In this document: in pieces, positions 21,016-31,598 of the stretch
How the letters are laid out: the number at the start of each line of letters is the position of its first letter
Position numbering within the stretch: the stretch's first letter is position 1
NCBI GenBank assembly: GCA_964558935.1
Contig: CAZLFP010000003.1
Span: forward strand, 39,684-103,683
Reading direction: 5' to 3'
DNA length: 64,000 bases
From: an uncultured Gammaproteobacteria bacterium
GTDB taxonomy: Bacteria; Patescibacteriota; Patescibacteriia; 2-01-FULL-39-33
Notes under the pieces: generated by a model
What the model was told of the DNA's origin: nothing
The model's database searches: none
What the model saw: only the letters and a program-made list of their open reading frames with translations
Position numbers and translations under genes: made by a program

Positions 21016-22398
21016 ATGCCCAGAAAAAAAAGCGTCGGTCAGAGTAAAACAGTTAAGAAAAAGACAGCTGTTGCTCGCCGCAAATCCAGTGTAAAACGGG
21101 CAAAGAAAAAAACTACTCGGAAGACAACTAGTTCTAAACCCCAAAAAACTCAGTCAGTTTCTAGAAAAAAGTCCACGTCTAAATCTAAAAAGGCGACAGG
21201 TAAACGGACCACTAGAAAGACTACCCTTCAGAGAACTAGAAAAACCAAAACTCCGAGAGTTAAAATAAGTCCAGACCAAGAAGCGATTGTAACCTTAATT
21301 CGAAAGGGTAGATCGCGTGGTTTTGTGACGGAACAAGAAATACTCTTGGCTCTACCTGAAATAGAAGAGTATGTTTTAGACTACGAAGCTTTGTTGGAAT
21401 CTTTAGACAGATTAAGTGTTAATGTGGTGGAAACAGGTGGTTTCTTGGGCCAATTTAAGTCGGCTTTGGATCGTCAAGAACAAGCTCAAGCACCTAAAGT
21501 TAAAGGAAAAAGCATTAAGGAAAAGACCATTTCTCCGGTTAGTGGCATGCTGTCCTCTGTTAATTTGGGGGATATTTCCGCTGATTCCATTCAAATGTAT
21601 TTGAGGGAAATTGGACAAGTGCCACTGTTGAGCTCAGAAGAAGAAGTTTCGCTGGCTAAGAGAATTGAAAGGGGAGATATTGAAGCAAGACAGCAGTTAA
21701 TACGGGCTAATTTAAGGTTGGTTGTTTCAATTGCCAAAAGATTTACCGGTAAATCATTGTCTTTATTGGATCTCATCCAGGAAGGAAATATTGGACTGTT
21801 TAGAGCGGTGGATAAGTTTGACTACCGTAAGGGGTATAAGTTTTCCACGTATGCCACTTGGTGGATTAGGCAGGCGATTTCCCGGTCTTTAGCCGATCAG
21901 TCTCGGACAATTCGGATTCCGGTCCATATGGTGGAAAATATTAACAAATTCCAACAGGTCGAGAGAAGGTTGGTTCAGGATTTGGGTCGGGAACCTATGC
22001 CAGAGGAGATTGCGGCTGAAATGGGAGAGGATCTGGACCGTATTAATCATATTATTAAGATTTCACAGGAAACGATTTCTTTGGGCACTCCGGTTGGAGA
22101 TGACAGCGATGATTCGATTCTGGAAGATTTCATTGAAGACCGGAAAACCATTACGCCCGACAGAACAGCGGCTTTGCAAATATTAAGAGATTATGTGAAT
22201 GAAGTGATTGCTGAATTAACGCCTCGTGAGCAGAAAGTGTTGGAGATGAGATTCGGGTTAAGAGATGGTGTAGCGCACACTCTGGAAGAAGTGGGTCGCG
22301 AATTTGATGTCACGCGTGAGAGAATCAGGCAGATTGAAGCAAAAGCCCTGGAGAAAATCGAGAAATTCAAAGGCGTGGAAAAATTGAGAGATTTTTAA
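21016..22398 (+). CDS. rpoD: Primary sigma factor RpoD with a Lys/Arg-rich N-terminal tail
   Basis: [39 protein letters not shown] and TRERIRQIE. Confidence 0.97.
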   Translation: MPRKKSVGQSKTVKKKTAVARRKSSVKRAKKKTTRKTTSSKPQKTQSVSRKKSTSKSKKATGKRTTRKTTLQRTRKTKTPRVKISPDQEAIVTLIRKGRSRGFVTEQEILLALPEIEEYVLDYEALLESLDRLSVNVVETGGFLGQFKSALDRQEQAQAPKVKGKSIKEKTISPVSGMLSSVNLGDISADSIQMYLREIGQVPLLSSEEEVSLAKRIERGDIEARQQLIRANLRLVVSIAKRFTGKSLSLLDLIQEGNIGLFRAVDKFDYRKGYKFSTYATWWIRQAISRSLADQSRTIRIPVHMVENINKFQQVERRLVQDLGREPMPEEIAAEMGEDLDRINHIIKISQETISLGTPVGDDSDDSILEDFIEDRKTITPDRTAALQILRDYVNEVIAELTPREQKVLEMRFGLRDGVAHTLEEVGREFDVTRERIRQIEAKALEKIEKFKGVEKLRDF

Positions 22399-22448
22399 TT
22401 ATTGTTTAATTATAGCTAAATAATTAGGCTGTTGCTGTTTGTTTAACA

Positions 22449-22477
22449 TTGACAAGGTTGAGATTATTTGCTAAAAT
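22449..22477 (+). promoter_or_regulatory. Sigma70 promoter of tRNA-Asn
   Basis: TTGACA-17 nt-TAAAAT with a TG extension. Confidence 0.75.
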
Positions 22478-22517
22478 TGGATAGTGAATCATGAAGATGA
22501 TTTTTTTTATTGAATCT

Positions 22518-22589
22518 TCCGCGATAGCTCAATGGTAGAGCAACCGGCTGTTAACCGGTAGGCTACTGGTTCGAGTCCAGTTCGCGGAG
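22518..22589 (+). tRNA. tRNA-Asn(GTT)
   Basis: TCCGCGA/TCGCGGA acceptor stem, accgg-ctGTTaa-ccggt anticodon arm and GGTTCGAGTCC T-arm. Confidence 0.97.
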
Positions 22590-22597
22590 CATTACAG

Positions 22598-22619
22598 AAA
22601 TCCCTGCAAAGGGATTTTT
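22598..22619 (+). terminator. Terminator after tRNA-Asn
   Basis: aaatccc-tgcaaa-gggattt followed by T. Confidence 0.7.
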
Positions 22620-22762
22620 ATATTTGGTTAAAATCTCCAATTTATGGTATAATTATACTATCCATAACTGTGGATAGGTGATATTTTTATTAAACTTCTA
22701 CAATTGTCTAAACCCCACTAAACAAGCAGATTAATTTGGTTGTTTGGTTTGAAATAGATATT

Positions 22763-24025
22763 ATGCCCGCCAATTTTTTAAACAAACATTTAGATGTAAA
22801 AGTGTTGCAATACTTGGATATTATTAGCGCTATTGTGGTGGTTATTAACACGCGCGGTCAAGTTGCGTACATCAACAAACTGGGAGCTAAAGCCATGGGC
22901 TATACACCTCAGGAAATGATTGGCCAGGATTGGGTAGTCAATTTTTTACCCAAGGATATCCAGGCGGAAGTAAAGCAGTTGTCCCAAAAAATGCTGAAGG
23001 GAAAGATCAAGGTTGTGGAGCATTTTGAAAACCCAATTGTAACCAAAACCGGTCAGCAGCGTATCATTGCTTGGAGCGGTCAGATTCTAAAAGATGACCA
23101 GGGTAAGATTACCGGACATATGAGTACCGGCATAGACATTACAGATTTAAAGGAATCTCAACATCTTTTTCAGACAATTGTGGAACACAGTCATGATGCC
23201 ATTATGGTCACACAAATGAATGGTGTAGTCAGTTATCTAAGTCCATCGGCCAAAAGAGTGCTGGGTCATGACCCTAAGCGAATAGTCGGTATAGATCCGG
23301 ATATTATTGATCCTCAAGACAAGGATAAGGTGGCTCAAGCTTTCCAGAGTGCCCTGCAGGGTCAGTCTGGCTCACAGCTGGAATACCGGATTGTCACTGA
23401 TCAGGGACAGTCTAAATGGATTTCTCATTCTTGGTCACCCATTATATCGCAAGGTAAAATTAAAGAGATTGTGAGTATTATCTCTGATATTGATGAAACT
23501 AAACGCCGGACTGAACAGGAAGCGCAGAGAAAGGATCAGTTAATTGATGCACTTAGAAAATATGAGATCATGTTTAATATCAACCGAGACATTATTATCC
23601 AATTGGATCCCAAGGGCAAGATTTTAGACATTAACAACCGAGTAGAGGATTATGGCTATGCCAAATCTGATTTTATTGGAAAAAGCACTTTTAAGCTGGC
23701 CGGTGTTATTCCCAAGAAATGGTGGCCGAAAATCGTTCAAGTGTATGCACAGCGAATGAAAAAAGCAGAGGTGGAGAATTACGAGATACAGATTAAGGAT
23801 AAGCAGGGTAGTTTGTATGATGTGGAAATCAGCCCGGTTTCCATTCGAAATGACCAAGGCAAGGTTATTGGTGCCTTTGTCAGTCTACACGACATAACTC
23901 AGTTGAAAAAAAGTCAGCAAGAATTGAAAGATAAAATCAAGGATTTGGAAAGATTGAATGAACTGATGGTGGGTCGGGAATTAAAAATGGCTGAGTTAAA
24001 AAAGAAATTAAAGCAGTATGAATAA
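22763..24025 (+). CDS. Triple-PAS sensor protein without kinase or output domain
   Basis: Three PAS/PAC units (ending DITD, DIDE, DITQ) and a terminal coiled coil LERLNELMVGRELKMAELKK; start ATG 22763. Confidence 0.88.
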   Translation: MPANFLNKHLDVKVLQYLDIISAIVVVINTRGQVAYINKLGAKAMGYTPQEMIGQDWVVNFLPKDIQAEVKQLSQKMLKGKIKVVEHFENPIVTKTGQQRIIAWSGQILKDDQGKITGHMSTGIDITDLKESQHLFQTIVEHSHDAIMVTQMNGVVSYLSPSAKRVLGHDPKRIVGIDPDIIDPQDKDKVAQAFQSALQGQSGSQLEYRIVTDQGQSKWISHSWSPIISQGKIKEIVSIISDIDETKRRTEQEAQRKDQLIDALRKYEIMFNINRDIIIQLDPKGKILDINNRVEDYGYAKSDFIGKSTFKLAGVIPKKWWPKIVQVYAQRMKKAEVENYEIQIKDKQGSLYDVEISPVSIRNDQGKVIGAFVSLHDITQLKKSQQELKDKIKDLERLNELMVGRELKMAELKKKLKQYE

Positions 24026-24034
24026 TCCAAAAAT

Positions 24035-24520
24035 ATGACCAATATTTTAATTGTTAGTTTGGGAGTTGTTTGTTTTATAATCACCATTGCCAGTTATCCC
24101 AAACTGTTGAAACTGATGACGAATGTCAATCTGAAATCAGCCTGGCTGGTCATGTTGGGTTTTGTTATCAGTTTTACTCTGGGATATGCCTTGTTCATTT
24201 ATCTCTTATTATTTGAACTCACGATCGAAAATATTGATCTATTGGAAACCATAGTGAGTTTAATCTTTTTTTTAGGTGCTGTCTTTGTGGTTTTGTCTAC
24301 CCAGATTTTAATGTTGACCATCGAGAAGTTCAATAATTTGAATCAGGATTGTCAGCAGGTTAACGACAAGCTGGAAAAATTGAAAGATAGTTTAGATCAG
24401 AAGGTCAGAGAGAGAACAGCTCAATTGGAGAGAATCAGCAGTGCAACCATTAATCGGGAATCCAAAATGCTCAAGCTAAAAAAGGAATTGGACAGTATTA
24501 AGAAAAAATTGAATGATTAG
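24035..24520 (+). CDS. Three-TM membrane sensor-like protein with an S-helix and terminal coiled coil
   Basis: Three hydrophobic helices, then LDQKVRERTAQL and INRESKMLKLKK. Confidence 0.75.
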   Translation: MTNILIVSLGVVCFIITIASYPKLLKLMTNVNLKSAWLVMLGFVISFTLGYALFIYLLLFELTIENIDLLETIVSLIFFLGAVFVVLSTQILMLTIEKFNNLNQDCQQVNDKLEKLKDSLDQKVRERTAQLERISSATINRESKMLKLKKELDSIKKKLND

Positions 24521-27500
24521 CTTACTGTTAAACTTTTATTTTGTATCTGAACTGCTGTATGTGGTAGTGATTTTGGTGTTATTGTTATTACTTCTGCTGC
24601 AGTCGAAAAAAGATCAAAAAGCCTATTCTCTGGGTTGGTTAATGTACTTTGCGGTTATGTGGATGGGTCTTGATTTGATCAATTTGTTTTTTTCCGGACT
24701 AGACGTCAGTCTGCTGATATGGAAATTGATTCTCTTCTTTGGTTTGGCTATGGCCGTGTTTGCTTTGCGATTTATCGTCATTTATCTGTATAACCGGATC
24801 GGGTGGTATTGGGACTTGCTGTTTTTCTGCGTGCTTGCTGTTTTTTTTGGTGTCATTACCTTTACAGATCTTTTCATGATTGGGGTTAAGCCACTGGAGT
24901 ACTTTGGACAATCTAATTTCATAGTCGGCCCCTATTACTGGTTGTCTGCTTTGATTATCGTGCTGTCGGTTGTGATTGGCATTGTTTTGCTGGTAATTCG
25001 GTATTTTACAGAACAGAATCCTCAAGAGAAAAAAGATACCCGCAGCCTGTTACTGTCTTTCATTATGATCTTGGCGATAGCACCGGTGACCAATTTGTTG
25101 ATGCCCATGATGGGTATGGGTGGTTTCCGACTGGCGAATGTCGCTGTGACTGTTATCATTATTGTTTTTTTCTATATTATTTACCGACGCAATGCTTTGG
25201 GAATTGTTCTAAACAGAATTAAAATTAGAACCAAGATTTACTTAATATCTTTGATCCAGTTTATGCTCTTTACGCTGTGTCTGATCGTGATTATCGGCAG
25301 CGTATCGATCGGCCAGTTGGAACAAGAAATCGCCAATCATTTGGAATCGATCGCTTCAGCCAGAGCCAGTCATATTCAAACCTATTTTAATCAGAATTTG
25401 GATCGTTTACGTCTCATTACCAGTCGCACCCAGTTGAGAATGTTAGTTCGAGAGTATCAAAGCGAGCCTAGCTATGAAACTCAACAGCAGATGAATCGAA
25501 TTTTGCAAGATGCGATTATTCCGGTTCAAGAGCTGAGGTTCATCTCCATTGTTGATATAAACGGCCGGATCATCGCTTCGACCGATGAATCCATGTTGGG
25601 CCAGAATGTAAGTCAAGATCATTATTTTATCCATGGCCTTAAAGATGAACATGTTTCCTTTGAAAAACATATTGGCCATAATCATCATGACCTGTATTTT
25701 GCAGGACCTTTGACCTTAAATGATGAACTGATTGGCATAGGCGTATCTGCCATCGGACCTTTTGAGCTGTCAGACATTATTCGAGATCGGACCGGTTTGG
25801 GACAGACCGGTGAAGTCATGCTCGCTTTTCAAGACTTGGCCGGTAATTGTATTTTTCCCCTTGAGCGGCGTTTTGAGAGCCAAGCTTTGGAACCCGCTTG
25901 TATAGATGATCAGGATACAGCCATGGGCCGAGCTTTAAATCAAGAAGAGACGTTGTTGTTGGATCAGCAAGATTACCGGGGACAGACTGTGATTGCCGTC
26001 ACCAGGTACATACCCGGCATTGATCTGGGACTGGTGGCTAAGATTGATCGAGATGAAGCCTTGTCCGCTGTCTACAGTCTGGCTCTAATCTTGTTGCTGG
26101 CGGGTGTTAGTTTTTCTGCATTGTATTTTGTGGTGAACTATTTCATTGCCCGCTTCATTTCCCAGCCCATTGAAAATTTGAGAAAGGGTGCTCAAGAATT
26201 TGAAAAAGGCAATTATAACTTCCAGATAGACACAATTTCGCAAGATGAAGTCGGAGATTTGGGTCGTTCTTTCATTCAATTGATTGAATCAATCCGGAAA
26301 TCTCGTTCTGAGGTTGAGAAGAAGGTGGCTAAACAAACCAAAGAGATTGTGGCCTCCAACAAGAGGATGGCTTCTCAGCAGGAGGCGGTTTTAAATATTC
26401 TGGAGGATATTGAAGAAGAAAAAGACAGAACAGAGCAAGAAAAGGACAAAGCAAATACGATTTTGCAAGGTATTGGTGACGGAGTGATGGTGATTGATAA
26501 TGATCTGAGAATTACCCTGTTCAATAAAATGGCGTCTGAGATTTCCGGTTATTCTGCCAAAGAGGTTTTAAACAAAAAATACAATCAGTTCATTAAATTT
26601 GTAGATGAGAAGAATAAGAAGTCAAATGACGATTATATTAAAGAGGCCATGGCTACCAACAGTATTATGGAGATGCCGGATGATACTCTGTTGATCAAAA
26701 AAGACGGTAGTTTCGTACCGGTTAATGATTCAGCCGCTGCCCTATCTGACCGGGAAGGACATAGTATCGGTTGTGTGATTGTATTTAGAGATGTAACCAA
26801 AGAGAGAGAAGTCGACAAAATGAAGACAGAGTTTGTGTCGCTGGCTTCCCATCAGTTAAGAACTCCGCTGTCAGCCATTAAGTGGTTTTTGGAAATGCTT
26901 TTGGAGGGTGATGCCGGCAGAATTACCAAAAACCAGAAGAATTACTTACAGCAGGCTTTTGACAGTAATGAAAGGATGATTTCTTTGGTTAATGACTTGT
27001 TAAATATCTCCCGAATTGAATCCGGCCGGTTGTCACTGGTGCCCAAGCCTACGGATTTAATTGAATTGTCTCAAACTGTGATTGATGAATTAATGCCTTC
27101 CATCCGAGCCCATAACCAGATTTTTAAGTTCATTAAGCCTAAAAAATTGCCTAAAATTAAGCTGGATACCAATTTAATCGGGCAGGTTATTGCCAACTTG
27201 CTGTCAAATGCGATAAAATATACACATAGACAAGGTGAGATAGTTTTAAAGATTGAACGGAAAGACGGCCAAGTGGCGATTTCGGTTAAAGATCAGGGAG
27301 TGGGCATTCCCCAGAACCAGCAGAGTAAAGTTTTCCAAAAGTTCTTCAGAGCGGATAATGTCGTCACTTTGGAAACCGAAGGTTCCGGATTGGGTTTGTA
27401 TGTAGCTAAAAAGGTAGTTGAAGCATCAGGCGGACATATTGGATTTGTGTCTCAGGAGGGTAAGGGCTCCACTTTTACCTTTACTTTGCCGCTGTCTGGC

Positions 27501-27551
27501 AGTAAAGCCATCAAAGGTGAGAAATCTTTGGAAAAAATCAAGTTTAAATAA
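24513..27551 (+). CDS. Membrane sensor histidine kinase (multi-TM, Cache-like, HAMP, PAS, HisKA, HATPase)
   Basis: H-box ASHQLRTPL, NLLSNAIKY, DQGVGI, GSGLGL and HAMP motif DEVGDLGRSF. Confidence 0.93.
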   Translation: MISLLLNFYFVSELLYVVVILVLLLLLLLQSKKDQKAYSLGWLMYFAVMWMGLDLINLFFSGLDVSLLIWKLILFFGLAMAVFALRFIVIYLYNRIGWYWDLLFFCVLAVFFGVITFTDLFMIGVKPLEYFGQSNFIVGPYYWLSALIIVLSVVIGIVLLVIRYFTEQNPQEKKDTRSLLLSFIMILAIAPVTNLLMPMMGMGGFRLANVAVTVIIIVFFYIIYRRNALGIVLNRIKIRTKIYLISLIQFMLFTLCLIVIIGSVSIGQLEQEIANHLESIASARASHIQTYFNQNLDRLRLITSRTQLRMLVREYQSEPSYETQQQMNRILQDAIIPVQELRFISIVDINGRIIASTDESMLGQNVSQDHYFIHGLKDEHVSFEKHIGHNHHDLYFAGPLTLNDELIGIGVSAIGPFELSDIIRDRTGLGQTGEVMLAFQDLAGNCIFPLERRFESQALEPACIDDQDTAMGRALNQEETLLLDQQDYRGQTVIAVTRYIPGIDLGLVAKIDRDEALSAVYSLALILLLAGVSFSALYFVVNYFIARFISQPIENLRKGAQEFEKGNYNFQIDTISQDEVGDLGRSFIQLIESIRKSRSEVEKKVAKQTKEIVASNKRMASQQEAVLNILEDIEEEKDRTEQEKDKANTILQGIGDGVMVIDNDLRITLFNKMASEISGYSAKEVLNKKYNQFIKFVDEKNKKSNDDYIKEAMATNSIMEMPDDTLLIKKDGSFVPVNDSAAALSDREGHSIGCVIVFRDVTKEREVDKMKTEFVSLASHQLRTPLSAIKWFLEMLLEGDAGRITKNQKNYLQQAFDSNERMISLVNDLLNISRIESGRLSLVPKPTDLIELSQTVIDELMPSIRAHNQIFKFIKPKKLPKIKLDTNLIGQVIANLLSNAIKYTHRQGEIVLKIERKDGQVAISVKDQGVGIPQNQQSKVFQKFFRADNVVTLETEGSGLGLYVAKKVVEASGGHIGFVSQEGKGSTFTFTLPLSGSKAIKGEKSLEKIKFK

Positions 27552-27569
27552 ATCATAATCATTTAACAT

Positions 27570-27935
27570 ATGAAAAAACACAAGATTTTGGTGGTTGAAG
27601 ATGAAAAGACTTTGGCTCAAGCCTTGCTGGACAAACTGACGCGAGCCGGTTTTGATGTCATGGCTGCCTATAACGGTGAGGAGGGATTAAGTAAAGTTAA
27701 GTCCGAGAAGCCGGATTTGGTTTTGTTGGATATTGTCATGCCGGTTATGGATGGTTTGACCATGCTGACGGAATTGAGAAAAACCTCTCAAGTACCGGTC
27801 ATCATTTTGACCAATTTGTCTTCCGAAGAAAGTTTAAGCGATGCCATGAGTGGCGGCAGTTATGAGTACTTAGTCAAATCCAATTATTCCTTAGATGAAG
27901 TGATTGAACGCATAAATAATACTTTAAACAAGTAG
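27570..27935 (+). CDS. Single-domain response regulator
   Basis: VVEDE, LLDIVMP, ILTNL and YLVKS. Confidence 0.92.
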   Translation: MKKHKILVVEDEKTLAQALLDKLTRAGFDVMAAYNGEEGLSKVKSEKPDLVLLDIVMPVMDGLTMLTELRKTSQVPVIILTNLSSEESLSDAMSGGSYEYLVKSNYSLDEVIERINNTLNK

Positions 27936-27936
27936 C

Positions 27937-28302
27937 ATGACTAAAGTTTTGGTGGTTGAGGATGATAAATTCCTGTTGGCTGCCTATTCTGCAAAACTTA
28001 AGAATTCCGGCTTTGAAACGATTTTAGCGGTCGACGGTGAAGAAGCTATGACCAAAGTTCAAGCTGAAAAACCAGATATTATTCTGCTGGATTTGGTGTT
28101 GCCCAAAAAAGACGGTTTTGATGTCTTATTTGACATTAAGCAAAATCCAGATACCAAGAGTATCCCGGTGATTATTTTGTCAAATTTGGGCCAGGAAGAA
28201 GATGTAGCCAAGGGTAAGAAACTGGGTGCGACTCACTATCTGGTTAAATCCAATATTGCCATTAAAGATGTGGTGGCAAAAATTAAAGAAGTTCTAGCAT
28301 AG
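27937..28302 (+). CDS. Single-domain response regulator
   Basis: VVEDD, LLDLVLP, ILSNL and YLVKS. Confidence 0.92.
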   Translation: MTKVLVVEDDKFLLAAYSAKLKNSGFETILAVDGEEAMTKVQAEKPDIILLDLVLPKKDGFDVLFDIKQNPDTKSIPVIILSNLGQEEDVAKGKKLGATHYLVKSNIAIKDVVAKIKEVLA

Positions 28303-28304
28303 TT

Positions 28305-29996
28305 ATGACTTTATCCAGTTCCAAACTCAAATCTTTGTTGGTTGAGTCGGGTATTCTAACGCCGGCTGATTTTAAAAAAGCCGAGCAGTTGGCTAAATCA
28401 CAAAAGAAAACTCTAGCTTCAGCTTTAGTCGAGTTGGAATTGATCAAAGACGAACAACTGGGACAGTTAACGGCAGAAGAATGGGAAGTGCCATTTTTTA
28501 GCTCCAAGCGAGAAAAAATCGATGAAGAAGTTTTAAATCTGATTCCGGAGATTATGGCTCGCAGTCAAAAAGTCATTGCTTTTGACAGGACTCCTGACGC
28601 GGTTAAGGTCGCTATGGTTGATCCGGCTGATTTGGAAACCAAGCATATGATTGAAAAAAGGGTGGGTCAGGATATTGTTGTGCATTACATTACACCCTTG
28701 GATTTGGAAGAAGCTTTAACTACCTACAAGGCGGATTTAAGACAAGAGTTTCAGACGATTTTGGAAGAATTGAAAGACGAGTCATTGAGCCGAGAACAAA
28801 GAGACGGGATTGTGGTTAAAATGGTTGATGTGTTAATCGCCTATGGCTACCAAAACAGATCTTCTGATGTCCATATTGAACCCTATGCCAAAAAAATCGT
28901 GGTTCGGTTCCGAATTGACGGTATCATGCATGATGTTTTGGATATTCCCAAGCAGTTAAGCGAATATATTTTAACCAGAATTAAAATACTGGCAAAGTTA
29001 AGAACAGACGAGCATCGGGCGGCTCAAGACGGTAAGTTTCGTTTCGATACCGGCAAAGAGAAAATAGATATTCGTGTTTCCATTGTACCTGTGACTCAAG
29101 GTGAGAACGTAGTCATGCGTTTGCTGTCTTCCAGGGCCAGACAGTTTAATTTGCCTGATTTGGGCTTTTCCGACCGAGACTACAAATTGCTGTCCCAAGC
29201 GATTAAAAATCCGCATGGCATGGTGCTGGTAACCGGACCGACCGGTTCCGGTAAAACCACCACCTTGTATGCCATTTTAAAGATTTTAAATAAAAGGGAA
29301 GTTCATGTTTCCACCATTGAAGATCCGGTTGAATACGATATTGAAGGCGTGAGTCAGATTCAGGTTAATTCCAGAACCAATTTATCTTTTGCCAAAGGTT
29401 TAAGATCCATTGTACGTCAAGATCCGGATATTATCATGGTCGGTGAAATCAGAGATAAGGAAACAGCCAATATTGCGGTTAACGCCGCCATGACCGGTCA
29501 TTTGGTTTTGTCGACTTTGCACGCCAATGATACGGCCACTACCTTGCCCAGATTACTGGATATGGAAATCGAGCCTTTTTTGGTTTCTTCCACCGTCAAT
29601 ATTATTATTGCTCAAAGATTGGTTAGAAAGATTTGTCAAAACTGTCGGGTGTCATACAGCTTTAAGGAGCATGCCAAGGAACTGACAGCTCATCGTCAGC
29701 ATATAGAGAAAATATTCCAGGCGAGTGGTAAAAAGATAGAGTCAATTAGATTATACAAAGGTAAGGGTTGTAAGATTTGCGGTGGCACCGGCTATGTCGG
29801 CCGGATTGGTATTTTTGAAATCATGTTAATGAATGAAGAAATCAAAGAAATGGTCATGAAAAATGCTTCTTCCAACGAGATTATGGCTGTAGCAAAAGCC
29901 GAAGGCATGGTAACCATGTTTGAAGATGGTTTACTGAAAGTTAAACAGGGTTTGACGACCATTGAAGAAGTATTGCGGGTGGTTAAAACAGAATAA
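28305..29996 (+). CDS. pilB: Second pilus assembly ATPase PilB/GspE
   Basis: SSDVHIEP, GPTGSGKTTT, RQDPDIIMVGEIRD, HLVLSTLH and Zn-binding Cys pairs. Confidence 0.95.
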   Translation: MTLSSSKLKSLLVESGILTPADFKKAEQLAKSQKKTLASALVELELIKDEQLGQLTAEEWEVPFFSSKREKIDEEVLNLIPEIMARSQKVIAFDRTPDAVKVAMVDPADLETKHMIEKRVGQDIVVHYITPLDLEEALTTYKADLRQEFQTILEELKDESLSREQRDGIVVKMVDVLIAYGYQNRSSDVHIEPYAKKIVVRFRIDGIMHDVLDIPKQLSEYILTRIKILAKLRTDEHRAAQDGKFRFDTGKEKIDIRVSIVPVTQGENVVMRLLSSRARQFNLPDLGFSDRDYKLLSQAIKNPHGMVLVTGPTGSGKTTTLYAILKILNKREVHVSTIEDPVEYDIEGVSQIQVNSRTNLSFAKGLRSIVRQDPDIIMVGEIRDKETANIAVNAAMTGHLVLSTLHANDTATTLPRLLDMEIEPFLVSSTVNIIIAQRLVRKICQNCRVSYSFKEHAKELTAHRQHIEKIFQASGKKIESIRLYKGKGCKICGGTGYVGRIGIFEIMLMNEEIKEMVMKNASSNEIMAVAKAEGMVTMFEDGLLKVKQGLTTIEEVLRVVKTE

Positions 29997-30005
29997 ACAT
30001 ATATT

Positions 30006-31088
30006 ATGGCAGGTGGCAAAAGCATGTTTTCCGCAGATATTTCTATCGGCGGAGTTAATTTAACTCAAAAGGCGTTGTTTGCCAAACATTTGGCAGTCAT
30101 GCTTCGGTCCGGACTGACCATTACCGAAGCTTTGGGTATTGCGGCAGATTCTTCGACCGGTAAAATGAAGCGAGTCTCGGCCAATCTGCTTAAGTCTGTG
30201 GAAGCCGGCAATCCCTTATCTGAAGCCATGCAAAGATTCCCCAAGGTTTTTTCCGGTTTGTTTGTATCTGCTGTGTATTCGGGTGAAGAATCCGGTACTT
30301 TGGAGGAAAATTTGGAAAACATAGCGGAACAGTTGGAGAAGCAAAAAGAGCTCAGTGGCAAGATCAAGGGTGCGATGCTGTATCCCATTGTTGTCTTAGT
30401 GGCTGCCTTTATATTGGGCATGGCCATGGCTTTCTTGGTTTTACCCAAAATTGTGCCTTTGTTTGAAGGCTTGAGAGTGGAACTGCCTTTTACAACCAAA
30501 GCTTTAATTTGGTTTGCTAAAATTGTGCAAGAACAGGGCTTATGGTTGTTTGGCGGTATTATAGTCGGAGTCATCTTTTTAATCTGGTTATTTCGTCAAA
30601 AGTTTACCCGTCCCATTTCTCATGGCTTAGCTCTGCGCTTTCCGGTGGTAAAAAGCATCACTCGCAATGCTAATTTATCTGAATTCTGCCGAACTTTGGG
30701 CACCTTGCTCAAATCCGGTCTCAATATTGATGAAGCCCTGAGGATAACCGGAGAAAGCTTGAACAATTACCATTACAAACGAGCAATTAAAAGCGTTACC
30801 GGTAGGGTGTCTAAGGGGACAAAGCTGTCAGATAATCTAAAAGCGCATGGTGATTTATTTCCCAAACTGGTCACGAGAATGATTAGGGTGGGTGAAGAAT
30901 CCGGCAAATTGGATGAAACTTTAACCTATTTGGCCGATTTTTATGACACGGAAGTGGAAATTGCCACCAAAACCCTGTCCACTGCCATTGAACCTATATT
31001 GTTGATTGTGATTGGTTTAATCGTTGGTTTTTTAGCTTTGTCTATTATTACCCCTATTTACCAAATCACCGGCAGTGTTAAACGTTAA
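30006..31088 (+). CDS. pilC: Second PilC/GspF platform protein
   Basis: LAVMLRSGL, GEESGTL, AMLYP and GEESGKLD. Confidence 0.93.
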   Translation: MAGGKSMFSADISIGGVNLTQKALFAKHLAVMLRSGLTITEALGIAADSSTGKMKRVSANLLKSVEAGNPLSEAMQRFPKVFSGLFVSAVYSGEESGTLEENLENIAEQLEKQKELSGKIKGAMLYPIVVLVAAFILGMAMAFLVLPKIVPLFEGLRVELPFTTKALIWFAKIVQEQGLWLFGGIIVGVIFLIWLFRQKFTRPISHGLALRFPVVKSITRNANLSEFCRTLGTLLKSGLNIDEALRITGESLNNYHYKRAIKSVTGRVSKGTKLSDNLKAHGDLFPKLVTRMIRVGEESGKLDETLTYLADFYDTEVEIATKTLSTAIEPILLIVIGLIVGFLALSIITPIYQITGSVKR

Positions 31089-31092
31089 AGAT

Positions 31093-31533
31093 ATGGCTAA
31101 AGGCTTTTCCATGGTCGAACTCTTAATTGTAATCGGTATTCTACTGATTATTTTTTTAGCTGCCATCCCGGTGTATGGTAATTTTCAAGCGTTGGCCCAA
31201 TTAAACAATACCACCAGCCAAATGGTGCAGAATATTAGAACCGCTAAGGGTTTGGCTGGGGTGAGATATAATAATTCTAGGCACGGAGTTAAGTTTTTCA
31301 ACAACAGTTATACCGTGTATCAAGGAGCAACCTATGCCGGTAGAGATACGGATTATGACAGAGTTTTTGATTTGGATGATGTTTTTAATCTGACCACTAC
31401 TCTGGCTTCGGATGAGGTTAATTTTAGAAGAGGATCGGGTTTGCCGGACAATACCGGTACCATAACTCTAGTGCATGATGTAGAAGGTACTAAACAGATT
31501 ACGATCAATGAATGGGGACTGATAGAAGAATAG
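31093..31533 (+). CDS. Minor pilin (FimT/GspH-like)
   Basis: MAKG|FSMVELLIVIG and C-terminal INEWGLI; start ATG 31093. Confidence 0.85.
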   Translation: MAKGFSMVELLIVIGILLIIFLAAIPVYGNFQALAQLNNTTSQMVQNIRTAKGLAGVRYNNSRHGVKFFNNSYTVYQGATYAGRDTDYDRVFDLDDVFNLTTTLASDEVNFRRGSGLPDNTGTITLVHDVEGTKQITINEWGLIEE

Positions 31534-31598
31534 GAGTTGGGTGTTTAGAAATTAAGCCATTTAGTTTCTAAATCCTGACTCTTAATTCACAACTGCGG

